Both the position numbers and the translations under genes were made by a program. Source: Tubulanus polymorphus (taxonomy: Eukaryota > Animalia > Nemertea). From it: 64,000 nucleotides of DNA. Where the stretch lies: the NCBI RefSeq assembly GCF_964204645.1, contig NC_134025.1:14198001-14262000 (forward strand). Reading direction: 5' to 3'. The notes below the pieces were generated by a model. It did not search any database. It was not told the origin of the DNA and was given only the letters and a program-made list of their open reading frames with translations. Shown here piece by piece: positions 1 to 11,663 of this stretch. Position 1 is the first letter of the stretch; every line of letters starts with the position of its first letter.

Positions 1-681
1 TTTCAAAAAAATAAAACTAAAAAAGATGGCAAACAAACATATTGCAAAAGCTGTACTAAACTATACAATAACAAATTTCTTGAATATAATCCAAATTATT
101 CAACACAATATTATATGGATAATATTGAAAAATTCAAAGTTAGAAATAAACAATGGAGAGAAAATCACTCAGATTATGTAACAGAATATATGAGAGAATG
201 GAGGGATAATAATAGAGAATATTATAAAGCGTATCAAAATAATTATAAGAAAGAAAGATATCAAACAGATTTTAATTACAAATTGAAAAAATGTTTAAGA
301 TCTAAAGTATCAAAATTATTCAGTAAAGAAAACCACTCAGTTACACTAGCACATTTATTGGATTGTTCAGATAAATTTTATAAATCATGGATAATATATC
401 AATTCGATGATAAAATGAATATAAATAATTATGGCAATTATTTTCATATTGATCATGTGTTACCAATATCTAAATTTGACATGAATGATGAATATGATAA
501 AAAGTTAATTTGGAATTGGAAAAACCTGAGACCTCTTGAAAAGAAGGAAAATATGATTAAACATGACAAACTAGATTTACAGTTATATTTAGAACAGTTA
601 ACAAAAGTAAAGAAATCCATTGAATTATGGAATAATGATCAAAATAATGAACAATACGTTGAGTCTTTAATGAGTGGTTAA
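1..681 (+). CDS. HNH-type endonuclease with N-terminal Cys zinc ribbon (5' partial)
   Basis: Frame is open from base 1 (KDGKQTYCKSC); C-terminal HIDHVLPISKF...WNWKNLRPLEKKEN motif; homologue of 41602-42264. Confidence 0.8.
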   Translation, partial: FQKNKTKKDGKQTYCKSCTKLYNNKFLEYNPNYSTQYYMDNIEKFKVRNKQWRENHSDYVTEYMREWRDNNREYYKAYQNNYKKERYQTDFNYKLKKCLRSKVSKLFSKENHSVTLAHLLDCSDKFYKSWIIYQFDDKMNINNYGNYFHIDHVLPISKFDMNDEYDKKLIWNWKNLRPLEKKENMIKHDKLDLQLYLEQLTKVKKSIELWNNDQNNEQYVESLMSG

Positions 682-930
682 AGAATAATATATCTCAAAT
701 AAAATATGATAAAAATTACATACCTTCAACTAGCCATTATTTCTATTTTAATTTTTAATATTTTCTTTTCAAAAAAGAATACTTTATATCACAAATAAAA
801 ATTACTTAAAAAAACAATAACTAATACTAAAATTCTTTACCTTTAACTAAGCTAGTATTAATCTAAAGAGATACTGGTATCATTTGAAGAATACTTATAA
901 TATTTTTCTTATTAAATTTCTCTAATATAA

Positions 931-1539
931 ATGTCAAAGAAATCTAATAAGAATAGTATTGATATTGAAAAAACATTAGATGATTTGGGTATAAGTGATA
1001 ATAAAGATACAGTTGTAACTAATTGTGCTCAAGTTAATTGTAATATAGATTATGAATACTATTTATATTGTAAGCATCATCTAGAACTATTGATTGCCGG
1101 TGGAAAAACTAAAGAGTTTTTATATAGAATTATTACTTTTCAAGAATTAGACTCTATGAAACCCGATAAAGTAATAAAATATTTTAAGATTTATGAAGAA
1201 GCTAGATTAGCCCGAATAAATGATTCTATTTCAGATGGTATTGTCAAATGTTATTCTAAGTTATGTAACCAGTTAATACCAACTGATGATGAAAATAAAT
1301 TATATAGTGATTTGAAAAATGACTACTTAGTTATGACTGAATTACAAAAATGGGTCGGTTATGCTTCATTTCAATTAGGATCGGTTATGACATTAATTTC
1401 TACTGGTGTCATAACATTTTCGAACATCAAGCCTATGGAATATAAATCAGGTAAGAATGAAACAGATGACGCTGTACTACAACCAAACGTCGAAACAGAA
1501 AATGAATCAGAACAAAAAGTAACTAAAATAAATGAGTGA
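931..1539 (+). CDS. Polinton conserved hypothetical protein (202 aa, one hydrophobic segment)
   Basis: Intact ORF, near-identical to 42513-43115; starts in TAAATG. Confidence 0.8.
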   Translation: MSKKSNKNSIDIEKTLDDLGISDNKDTVVTNCAQVNCNIDYEYYLYCKHHLELLIAGGKTKEFLYRIITFQELDSMKPDKVIKYFKIYEEARLARINDSISDGIVKCYSKLCNQLIPTDDENKLYSDLKNDYLVMTELQKWVGYASFQLGSVMTLISTGVITFSNIKPMEYKSGKNETDDAVLQPNVETENESEQKVTKINE

Positions 1540-1901
1540 TGGCGTTAAGAAAAAGCCTAGATCCGAGAAACAAATTAAATGGGCAAGAGAATTAGGTAAA
1601 AGATCTTCAGAATTAAAAAAAAGCTAAGAAAAAGAAATTAACTGATATAAATGAATCACAGACTTTATCTGATATTGATTCAAATAATAATCCATCTGAT
1701 TCTTCTAATGCTGGAAGTAATTATAAATTATATATTACAATTGGATTAGTAACAGTTATTATATTATCCGGTGTAATATATAAATCAAAATTCAAATCTG
1801 ATGATAAATATGATTCCAATGACAATAAACCTATTATACCAGAAAATAAGTCAAATCATAAAGTCATTGAAACTAAATCTAAATTATTATTAATGGATTA
1901 A
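1532..1901 (+). pseudogene. Frameshifted small basic membrane protein
   Basis: Homologue of 43108-43482; frameshift in the A-run near 1615-1622. Confidence 0.75.
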
Positions 1902-1907
1902 AATAAG

Positions 1908-3020
1908 ATGAAAAAAGAACAATATTCAAGAGATTTATATTACAACCCAGAAAGTGAAGTATCATATTCTAACGTTTCAGAATTATGGAATGAAATTAAA
2001 TCTGATAATGAAAATGGTGCCGTACGGCACCCACATGGTGATATAAAATATAGTGAATTGAAATCATGGTTACAAAATCAACCAACATATCAAATCCATA
2101 AGAAAATGGATAAAACTTATTTAACAAGAAAAGTTATGGTTTCATATATCGATCAACAATGGCAAGCAGATTTAATTGACATGAAGAACTTAGAAGAATA
2201 CAACAAAGGATATTTCTGGATATTAAATGTTATAGACATATTCAGTAGATACGCATGGTCAATTCCAATCAAAAATAAAACTGGTATAGAAGTAACAAAT
2301 GCTTTTAAATCTATATTTAAAGAAGCTATTCCAGATAAGATACAATTTAATGAAGGTAAGGAATTTTATAACAAACATTTCAAAAAACTATTATCTGATA
2401 ACGATGTAGAATATTTTTCAACACACTCAGATAAAAAAGCATCTATTATAGAAAGATTTAATAAAACATTGAAAATTAGAATGTGGAAATATTTTACTGC
2501 TAATGAAACATATAAATATATCGATGTATTAGATGATTTAGTGAAAGGTTATAATAATTCTAAACATAGTTCTATAAATATGAAACCTATACAAGCTAGA
2601 AAAGAAGATACTTCGGAAATAGTTTGGAATAATTTATATGGTGCGTTTGTTACACATGATTTCGGAGAACCTAAATTTAAAATAAGACAACATGTTAGAA
2701 TATCTAAATATAGAAAAACATTTTATAAAGGTTATACTCCAAATTTTACTGAAGAAATATTTAAGATTAAAAATATAATATTAACTGAATCTTTTGTTTA
2801 TAAATTAGAAGATTTAAAAGATGAAGAAATATTAGGTTATTTCTATGAACAAGAATTATCACTTGTACCAAATCCAGATGAAATAGAATACAAAATAGAA
2901 AAAGTATTGAAAACAAAAACTCTTAAAGCAAAAAAGTATTCTTTGGTGAAAAATAAAGGATATGATGATACATTTAATGAATGGATTTTATCTAGTAAAA
3001 TTAAAAAAATAAATGAATAA
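1908..3020 (+). CDS. Retroviral-like (rve) DDE integrase with C-terminal chromodomain; second catalytic Asp changed to Asn
   Basis: WQADLIDM, IQFNEGKEF (copy 2 has IQFDEGKEF), IERFNKTLK; chromodomain EYKIEKVL...NEWI. Confidence 0.93.
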   Translation: MKKEQYSRDLYYNPESEVSYSNVSELWNEIKSDNENGAVRHPHGDIKYSELKSWLQNQPTYQIHKKMDKTYLTRKVMVSYIDQQWQADLIDMKNLEEYNKGYFWILNVIDIFSRYAWSIPIKNKTGIEVTNAFKSIFKEAIPDKIQFNEGKEFYNKHFKKLLSDNDVEYFSTHSDKKASIIERFNKTLKIRMWKYFTANETYKYIDVLDDLVKGYNNSKHSSINMKPIQARKEDTSEIVWNNLYGAFVTHDFGEPKFKIRQHVRISKYRKTFYKGYTPNFTEEIFKIKNIILTESFVYKLEDLKDEEILGYFYEQELSLVPNPDEIEYKIEKVLKTKTLKAKKYSLVKNKGYDDTFNEWILSSKIKKINE

Positions 3021-3624
3021 AGATTTATTTATATTTGAACCGCATCATATGTTAGTTACTGGTGTAACAAACTGTGGTAAAACACATTTCATATTAGACT
3101 TGTTAGAAACTATTTATAAGAATCATTTTGATAATATAATATTATTTTGTCCTACTTATGAAATGAATAAAACATATAATAGAGATATAGTTAAGATGAA
3201 AAAGTTTATTATATTAGATCCTAAAACAGTAAAAGAAAATTTAGATAATTGTATAAAAATAGCAATTGATACTTATAAAGGATCAAATACATTATTCATT
3301 GTAGATGATTGCGCAAATTTACATGTTTCAAAAGTGAGAGAAAGTGAGTTATGTTACTTAGCTTTCTCTGGGAGACATTTTGCGATAACAACATGGGTTT
3401 TAAATCAAAAATATAATTCAATTGTTAAAGACTTTAGGGAGAATATGAGATTTCTAGTTTTATTTTATAACAAAGATAGAAAATCTATGCAACAATCATT
3501 GGAAGAAAATCAAATTATACCTACTGATTTACATGATGAATATATGAATAAATTAAAGAATAATAAAGGTCCAAAATTATTACTGAGATTACAATTTCCA
3601 TATGAATATAAATTTATAAAATAA
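3013..3624 (+). CDS. A32/FtsK-like genome packaging ATPase
   Basis: Walker A GVTNCGKT, Walker B FIVDDC, GRH motif. Confidence 0.93.
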   Translation: MNKDLFIFEPHHMLVTGVTNCGKTHFILDLLETIYKNHFDNIILFCPTYEMNKTYNRDIVKMKKFIILDPKTVKENLDNCIKIAIDTYKGSNTLFIVDDCANLHVSKVRESELCYLAFSGRHFAITTWVLNQKYNSIVKDFRENMRFLVLFYNKDRKSMQQSLEENQIIPTDLHDEYMNKLKNNKGPKLLLRLQFPYEYKFIK

Positions 3625-3644
3625 CTATTTATATATTTTTCTAT

Positions 3645-3964
3645 CTAATACGTATTAAATACGTATTAGATACGTATTAAATACATTAATACTTAAAACC
3701 CCATTTTAAAATAAATATTATTCATACAATTTTCAACCAATTTATTTTTATTTTTTTCAACTAATATATGAATAAGTTTGAAAATAATAAAGGTTATTTA
3801 TTATTACCGAGGTTTCAGTATAAATTTAAAAAAGAAATATAATTTAAGGTATTTTCAAATGATACGTATTAGATACGTATTAGATACGTATTAGATACGT
3901 ATTAGATTCCTTAATACTTAAAACCCCCTTTTTTATTTACTATTATTTTATACAATTTTCAACC
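3645..3964. repeat. Two direct copies of a ~95-100 bp block, each led by 11-bp ATACGTATTAG tandem repeats, at the convergent gene junction
   Basis: 3645-3738 and 3861-3964 both read (atacgtattag)n...ttaatacttaaaacccc...atacaattttcaacc. Confidence 0.85.
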
Positions 3965-3968
3965 TTTA

Positions 3969-4904
3969 TTACTTTTTGAGTGTTAGATAATTACTTTCTG
4001 AATCACTTTCATCATCACTCTCCAATTCATCATCAGACCCTAACAATTTATTCAAATGCTTTACCGTATCTTCATAAATAATTGGTTTATTGATATACTT
4101 ATTAGTCATCTCAACTATATCTTCATTTTCTGATTTAAGTTTGATAGAATCTTTATTATCAATATGCTTATCTGTAACTATATCACCATGTGGGTGCCAT
4201 ACGGCGCCATTTTCATTATCATCTTTCTTAGTGTTTGACCTTAATATTGTATTTACAATGCTTGATTCTAGTATTTTTCTAGCAGCAGATAAATCTAATT
4301 CATCATTACTAGGTTCCTTAGATAAAAATTCACCTAATAAATCTTTATATAAATCTTTACCATCTACTTTTTTATTTGAAACAAACTTTGTAACATAATT
4401 AAATGGGTGTTCTATAAATTCTCTTATACCAACACGATCTATTACATTAATAATATGTGAATTTGTATTCATATGATTATTCCAATTTGATGGAGCGTTT
4501 GAAAATTCACCTTTACAATAATCACAATAATTTCTATTTTCACTAACATTTAATATTATTGCATTATTATATGTAGAAGGTATTACATTATTAGATGTAG
4601 TAGGTATTACATTATTTGATGTAGAGGGTATTATATTATTAGATGTAGTAGGTATTAGATTATTAGACGTAGAAGGTATTACATTATTAGATGTAGTAGG
4701 TATTACATTATTATCAATTACATTACTTAAATTATCAACAACACCACTTTTATTATTATCGATTTCTATTAGTTTAGTTTTATAAATTTTGAAAATAGGA
4801 TCAAATATAAAAGCTATATTACAAGGTATTACATAATATAAACCATCATTATTTTCATGTGTATCGATGTATGGAATATGTTTATATACTTTACCTCCTT
4901 CCAT
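3969..4904 (-). CDS. Variable-slot protein with NNVIP(S/T)TS repeats, C2H2-like zinc finger and acidic tail
   Basis: Intact 311-aa ORF; 24-nt tandem repeats; YCDYC...NWNNHMNTNSH. Confidence 0.75.
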   Translation of the reverse strand: MEGGKVYKHIPYIDTHENNDGLYYVIPCNIAFIFDPIFKIYKTKLIEIDNNKSGVVDNLSNVIDNNVIPTTSNNVIPSTSNNLIPTTSNNIIPSTSNNVIPTTSNNVIPSTYNNAIILNVSENRNYCDYCKGEFSNAPSNWNNHMNTNSHIINVIDRVGIREFIEHPFNYVTKFVSNKKVDGKDLYKDLLGEFLSKEPSNDELDLSAARKILESSIVNTILRSNTKKDDNENGAVWHPHGDIVTDKHIDNKDSIKLKSENEDIVEMTNKYINKPIIYEDTVKHLNKLLGSDDELESDDESDSESNYLTLKK

Positions 4905-4936
4905 TTATTATATAGATTTTTATTAAAGTTAAAATT

Positions 4937-6184
4937 CTAATACATAATACTGTTTAATTGAGAATTTACAATATTTAATTGCGCGTCAGATATGATATAA
5001 ATGTGCATTTTGAAATTTTTGATTCCTTTATTCTTTGTCATGAATAATTGTATTCCATCTTTAGTGTTCTGTAATTTTTTTCCAGAACCATGTAATGAAT
5101 TATCCTCTGTTGTTCTAAAATCTAACCATAATGCATATTTATTACCGGTATAATAATCAATTTGATTAATGTTACAATTTTCAGATGATTTTACTTTTTC
5201 ATTCATAAAATGTTTTCTAATTTCTGGCCATTAATCAATCATTCTCATTCCTTGACAAAATATTTTATTTGCTATTCCTTCGATAGTTATTTCTACTTTT
5301 GTTATTTCAGGATTATAATAATTATCAACATTTATTGCGCCATTAGTATATGTTGCAATGGTAAAAAATATTAATATACCTTTAATAGATCTTCTTGGGA
5401 AGTTAATATTCTCATTAATAATTTCATCATTTGCATTAATAGTTACAGTTTTAAATTTATCAATATAATCATATAATAATGAAAATCCTTGATTGTATTT
5501 AGTTTGAATTATACTTGAAATATTTTCATCAGTTACTGTATCATATTCTAAACATATATTCGATAATTTATAACTCATATCTTTATTAACGCTAGATATT
5601 ACGATTTCATTTACAGGAGCAAATGTTATTTCGAATATAACGTCTTCTTGAATTGCATATTTATATAAAGGTGCATTATTATTTATCAATTCAAAGTCTA
5701 ATGGAATTTTATATTTGCTTCCATATATACCTTTTATCAATTTATCTACAGCATTAGTTAATATTGCATTATGCGCTTCTGGTCTTAATTTATTTTGGTT
5801 TTCTGATTGGATGCCTTCAAATATCATATTATTTCTATTTTCTTTAGTTAACCATAAATCTTTATAATGCATAAATAAATTATAATCATCTAATGAGAAA
5901 ACTGTTTCTGGACCAATCTTTATTGTTAACTTTTTAATCAAATATCTTCCAACATTATCAACAACATAATTATTATTATTACCGATTACTTTCATATCGG
6001 CTGATAAATAAATACTATTTGGAACATAAAAAGTATTTTGTGTTAATTGAGGGATTCTAACATATAAAGTTTCATCGGGATTAATATTAGAAGGGTTATG
6101 AGTAATTATATGATGTGATCTTTCTGCTTTAATAGCATTAGATATTCTATGATTCTTAGAAGGATTGATATAACTCCCACTCAT
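4937..6184 (-). pseudogene. Major capsid protein (double jelly-roll), disrupted
   Basis: Two ORF pieces match 46648-47897; premature stop and frameshift near 5225-5233; beta-rich motifs LYVRIP, KYKIPLDF, LEYDTV. Confidence 0.8.
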
Positions 6185-6200
6185 TTATTTAACAAAAAAA

Positions 6201-7665
6201 TTATTTATTTTTCATCATGTTTACTAATCCAAAAATAATAGCACTTACAACTGTAATTAAAAATAAAATAATATGTTCAGCAGCAAAGTTAATAATGTTT
6301 CCTGCAGATTTCAATATAAAACCAACAATTGATGCAATAACTCCTGGCAATGCTGCGGCAGATTTTTTAGATAGTTCCGATAAATATTTAGCTAATTTCT
6401 TTAAACCATCCTTAACTTTATCTTGTATAGAATTATTATTATCTGGGGGTTTATCTGGTTTATTGGGAGTAGGAGTAGATTTCAAAGCATTTGATATTGC
6501 TAAATCAATTGTTGTAAATAACATAATTACAGCTGTTAGAATTGAAAGAATTGTTATTCCTTCTAACTTAAATAATAATTTTATTCTATCTTTCAATGAT
6601 ATTTTAGAATCTGGTTTAATCAACAAATCTTTACAAATAACTTTAAATCTATTTATATTATAATCATATGATTTTAACAATAATTTAATTTCTTCTTTTT
6701 GTAATTCTATGTTATATTCTTAATCATCTTTTTCTATTTCTAAATACGCATTTCTTTTTTTAAATTCGATTTCTTCAATAACTTTATTATCTCTATCTAA
6801 TTTTAATTGTTCTATTTCTTTATTTTTATCAGTTAATTCTTTTTCTAAAGTTCTAATTTTTAAATCTCTTATACTTTTATCATGCGCAATTTTATCAACT
6901 TCATTTCTTATATTAATAATTTCTCTTATTGCTTTATCAGAAAGTATATTATTTAAATCTTCTAATTGTTGATCTGTTGCATCAAGTAATCCATTCGGTA
7001 AAAGTTTTTCAATTGGAACTCCTTTTGAATTATGTTTACTAGTTTTGGAAGTTATATTCTGTTCAGAAGTTGTTTCTGTTTCTAAATTATAATCGATTGT
7101 TTCAAATAATTCATTAATTCTTTGTTTAAATACTCTTTCATTTTTAATAATTTCTTCTTGTGTTACATCTTCTATTTCATTACTATTTCTTATTCTTTTA
7201 ATTCTAGATAGGTCTAACTAAAGTTGATTCTGCTAATATTTTGTTTTGTTTTTTATAAGAGATATCAATATAATAATCATCTTTCAAATGATAATAATAT
7301 TCACCATCTAATGATTTTAATTCTCTTACTAAATATCTAGCACCTCTATCATTGATATTATATCCAGATTTTTCAAATATAGGTTTGAAATTATAAACAT
7401 ATTCATTATATTCTAAATTTTGTTTTACTAAATCTGGATTTTCATTTTCAGGATTTATTCTCGATCTAGTTCTTCTATCAATTTCATCTGTTGATGGGCC
7501 TTTAGAACCACTATATGCTAAATTAGAATTATATGCTGATTCATTACCATCATTAATATTAGTTTCATTAAGATTAGCACCTGCATCATTATAATCATCA
7601 TCAATATATCCTTCATTATTATTTCCCATGCCATCCAATGGAATATCTTCTCCACCTTCTGCCAT
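6201..7665 (-). pseudogene. Coiled-coil and multi-hydrophobic-segment protein, fragmented
   Basis: Homologue of 47966-49435, broken near 7210 and 6721. Confidence 0.8.
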
Positions 7666-7680
7666 TTACATAATAAAAAA

Positions 7681-8989
7681 TTAAAATTTAAAATATAATA
7701 TTCCTCCTATAACAATTCCTATACAAGTTAAAGCTAATTTAGTATTTTCATGTGATTTATTATCATCATTTAGTTTAATTATATCATGTTGAATATTATC
7801 AGTTTTTATATTTTCTGATGTATTGTAATCTTTTATTTTAGAATCATTATTTAATTTAATATTCTTAGTTTTAGTTTCAGTTGATTGAATATGTTTTTTA
7901 TTTTTTTCACCTTCCATTAATTTTGGAGCGGTAATAATCGTTTTATTTATATCATTCAATCCAAATGAATTATTTATTGTTGCAGTTTTAATTAGATTAT
8001 TATAACCAATTATATTTCCCATCTTTAATACTAAATCATTAGAAATAATTAATAGATTAGGGCCTATACAATAATTTAATCTAATATGTGATTTATCTAA
8101 ATAATTTTGATATCTTACAATGTTTTCTGGAATCGATCTATTTTTATCATTATGAATTGAATCTTCAAATAATACTTTGAATTGTTTCTGCGCATCGAAT
8201 GAAGTGTTATCATTTCCAATTACTGGGGATCTTGTTTCAACTTGCGCACCTAAAATACATATCAAATAAGTTCTAATAGATTGATTTATTCTTTGTATTC
8301 CGGCTTTAAGTAAAACCTTCACTATTTTCTAAAATGAAATTAACCCAACCATTATTATTATCAATTTTATAATTATGATAAGCTCCAATTCTATGCATAT
8401 AATCAATTCTTTTTATTTCATACTGTTCACCAATACCTTGCAATTTACCATGCGCTCTGAAATCGGAATTAATATTTATACTAAATTCATTACATACTTT
8501 ATAAAACTTAGATAGATTAATATTATTATCCAATTCTTTAAAGTATTTGGATCCGGGCAAAGGACATTCTAATTCATTTAATATTATTCTGATTTGAAAA
8601 TATGTGTGAAATCTAGATATTGTGTGAATTAATTTTAAATCAGAATACTTCAAATTCTTATCTAAGTTATTTAAATGATCATTCCAACTTATTCCACATC
8701 CTGTTGTTGCACGATAAACAGCAAAATCTAATTGGTTCTGCTAATATTTCATATTAGATTTTACTTTATATATATGATATTCATCTCGAGTAAAAGTAAC
8801 TTCATATGTATTAAATATATTTTCCATTTTAGAAATAAAAAACTGTGATTCAGTAACATAAATTTCTAAATTAGTTAATGAATTTAAAACTACATTCCTA
8901 TATGTAATATTTTTCTTAAAATCTATTGCAGGAATATTATATTTAATTGATCTATTATATTGGAAAGCTTTTGGAAAACTATCTACCAT
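7681..8989 (-). pseudogene. C-terminally anchored Polinton protein, fragmented into 3 ORFs
   Basis: Homologue of 49452-50840; W-to-stop at 8741 and a frameshift near 8310. Confidence 0.8.
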
Positions 8990-9005
8990 TTATATAATTA
9001 AAAAA

Positions 9006-9440
9006 TTAATAATTAACTAATTCTTTTAATAATTTATCTTGTTCTTCAACTGTTATATGACCATTTAAACTTATTATATAATCTAGTGTATTCTTCAATT
9101 TATTAATTTCTTTTATATTAGTTTTAATTTTTTCTTTATTACTTTTTATATTTAATTTTGAACTTATACCAGTTAATACACTTGAACTTAATCCTAATAC
9201 ACCAATTGATATAGCTAAAGGTGTTAATGGACTGAATATTGCTAGAAATGTTATTACAGAACTAATTGTAACCGAACTATTTATAATCAAATAATATATA
9301 ATTTTACTTTTTAAATATTTTTTCTTTTTTATCTTTAAGTCACTTTCAAATTCTAATATTTGTTTTTCTAAATATGTTTTTAATTTAGTTTTATTTATAT
9401 CATGAGGAATAATATCAATATTATCAACTTTATCTTCCAT
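9006..9440 (-). CDS. Two-TM small membrane protein
   Basis: Hydrophobic hairpin; homologue of 50857-51285. Confidence 0.75.
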   Translation of the reverse strand: MEDKVDNIDIIPHDINKTKLKTYLEKQILEFESDLKIKKKKYLKSKIIYYLIINSSVTISSVITFLAIFSPLTPLAISIGVLGLSSSVLTGISSKLNIKSNKEKIKTNIKEINKLKNTLDYIISLNGHITVEEQDKLLKELVNY

Positions 9441-9459
9441 TTATTTAGCAAAAAAATTA

Positions 9460-9882
9460 CTAATTAGTAAACTTATAAGCAACAAATATAACAATAACTG
9501 TTCCGCCTAAAATCCATATTATTTCATATTTCTGTTGTTCATTACTTGGGGTATAATAATCTGATATTGTAGGTTTATGTAGATGTAATTTTTCTTTATT
9601 GGTTACCGCGTTATATAAACTCATTGCATCATCAACTGATTGAAAATCTCTATGTGAAATCTTCTGATCATATAATTCTTTATTGATGTAATCCATATAG
9701 TTTTGCCTCTTTTCTCTATATTCTTCTGCTGCTTTATTGTATTTCTCTAATGCTAAGTTATGTCTTTTTTGTTCTGTTATTGATCCATTTTTATCAATAT
9801 GCTTAAATAAATAACCACCACCAGTAAATGCTAAAGCGTTAACAATTGCCGAACCTATAATAGTTATAACTGCAGAAGCCAT
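9460..9882 (-). CDS. Small membrane protein with hydrophobic N- and C-termini
   Basis: Homologue of 51305-51727. Confidence 0.75.
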   Translation of the reverse strand: MASAVITIIGSAIVNALAFTGGGYLFKHIDKNGSITEQKRHNLALEKYNKAAEEYREKRQNYMDYINKELYDQKISHRDFQSVDDAMSLYNAVTNKEKLHLHKPTISDYYTPSNEQQKYEIIWILGGTVIVIFVAYKFTN

Positions 9883-9906
9883 TTATTTAGTAAAATAATT
9901 ATGCAT

Positions 9907-10125
9907 TTATATGGGAGGAATATATTTTTGTTTTTCTAAATAATCAATAGTTAAATTAGATAAAGTAACTGCTAATGTTAATTTTAAAATATCATTGATA
10001 TCATATCTATCAGCATTAACACTTCCCATTTTAAATACTTTTTTTAATACCATTGAATAACCAACAGTTCCAACTGATAGTAATGCGCCTTATAATCCAG
10101 TTATAATCCACTTATTGTCACTCAT
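9907..10125 (-). pseudogene. Small hydrophobic protein, deletion near 5' end
   Basis: Homologue of 51752-51973 with a short deletion near 10090. Confidence 0.65.
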
Positions 10126-10467
10126 TTATTTATCAAAAAAATTACTATCATCAAAATATTTAGTTAACTTATTTATGATTAATTCAACATTTATTTCATT
10201 ACTACTTTTATGATTATCATATATTTTTGTTAATATGTTTTTAATATCATCAATAATTCCATCTTCATTTAATTCATAATATTCTAAAGGTGATTTAATT
10301 AAATCAATTACTTTTTCTATATTATAATTTTCTTTATTAATCATTGATGTATTGTTAAATGATTTACTTTTTATATCAGTAATTACATCATTTAGTTTAA
10401 TTCTCATTTCTTTTCCATGTTTAAAATCAAACCCAAAACATATACTCGGCCCAACAGTTATATTCAT
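10126..10467 (-). CDS. Polinton hypothetical protein (113 aa)
   Basis: Near-identical to 51974-52315. Confidence 0.75.
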   Translation of the reverse strand: MNITVGPSICFGFDFKHGKEMRIKLNDVITDIKSKSFNNTSMINKENYNIEKVIDLIKSPLEYYELNEDGIIDDIKNILTKIYDNHKSSNEINVELIINKLTKYFDDSNFFDK

Positions 10468-10484
10468 TTATATAGTGAAAAAAA

Positions 10485-11265
10485 TTACTCTTTACATCTT
10501 ATAACTAATTCATAAATTACAGGAAAGTTATTCAAATCAATTAAATATCCATTGTGATTTCTAATTTCTAATCTAAAATTATTAAAACGAGGAATGCATG
10601 GTTTGAAATCACACTCTGTTAAATTATAATTTATTTGCGTTCCAAATTCTTTAACATTCTTCAATGGTAAAATATTTAGTAAACCAGAATTACAAGTTAT
10701 ATCTTTAGTTGCTTCGAATGTTTTTGTAGGATCGATTAAATTGCAATAAATATAAAAGTGTGTAAAAGGTATTAAGTTAGGTGTAGCATCAATATTTGTA
10801 AAAGATTTATCTGGAGGAATTCCTAACAGTTTAGCTAGTTTAGACAGTTTTAACAGTTTAGGTTTTTTTTACCATAAATGCATGTTTTTCAATATCAGAC
10901 AACCTTATCTTTATTTTGTCAGAACTCTCACTTTTTAGAAATCTTATATTAAACCCGGAATTATTACCTGACTTGTGCCAGGCTTTTCTGTTAATTTCTT
11001 GTGCTAATGTATCTAAATTATATAACCCCGGTTTTAAATATATATAGGCCCATTCATTTTTATTTTTATTAAAAATTAAAAAAGCTCTATGTTCAATAGT
11101 TTTATCCGATATATCATAAAAAGAATTACATAAACTTATATTTACTAATTTTAAATCTACACAATTCTTGAATTCTCTATCTAATTGTACTAGTAAATTA
11201 TGTGATTTATAATTTGTAAGCCTTCTTGAATCAACAAATATTCTGTATTCTTTTAATTCTACCAT
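10485..11265 (-). pseudogene. Minor capsid protein (penton), frameshifted
   Basis: Homologue of 52332-53090; micro-duplications (acagttt repeats) at ~10825-10860 break the frame. Confidence 0.8.
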
Positions 11266-11282
11266 TTATTTTACATATTTTC

Positions 11283-11634
11283 TTATTCGAAATCTATTTC
11301 ATGATGCCCTTTTTCATTATTACCTTTGTATACGAAATAGAAATCTCCAGAACATAATTCTTCTAGATCTTCACTTGATAATCTATGAAATCTATCTGGT
11401 AAATATGTTCTGAATTTATATGTATTTCCTTTTAATCCTTCATATTCTAAGTGTATAACTAATTTATCTCCATAGTTATTAGTGACTGTATCAATTTGTA
11501 ATTAGATAGTTCTTATGAATTGTTAATTCTGTTAACTTTTTGAATTTATAATCTACAGATTTTACATTTGTTATATCTTTAATTCTATCTAGAAATAATT
11601 TGTTGTTCTCACTGTGTGCTTGTTTACTCTCCAT
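11283..11634 (-). pseudogene. Small beta-rich protein, frameshifted
   Basis: Homologue of 53108-53449. Confidence 0.7.
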
Positions 11635-11663
11635 TTATAATACATATTTTTATTAAAATTTGA

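Noticed and set aside
4090-6663. Plus-strand ORFs 4090-4398 and 6217-6663 (likewise 47862-49034, 50939, 40911, 35114)
   Set aside because: Antisense shadows of real genes with no independent motifs.
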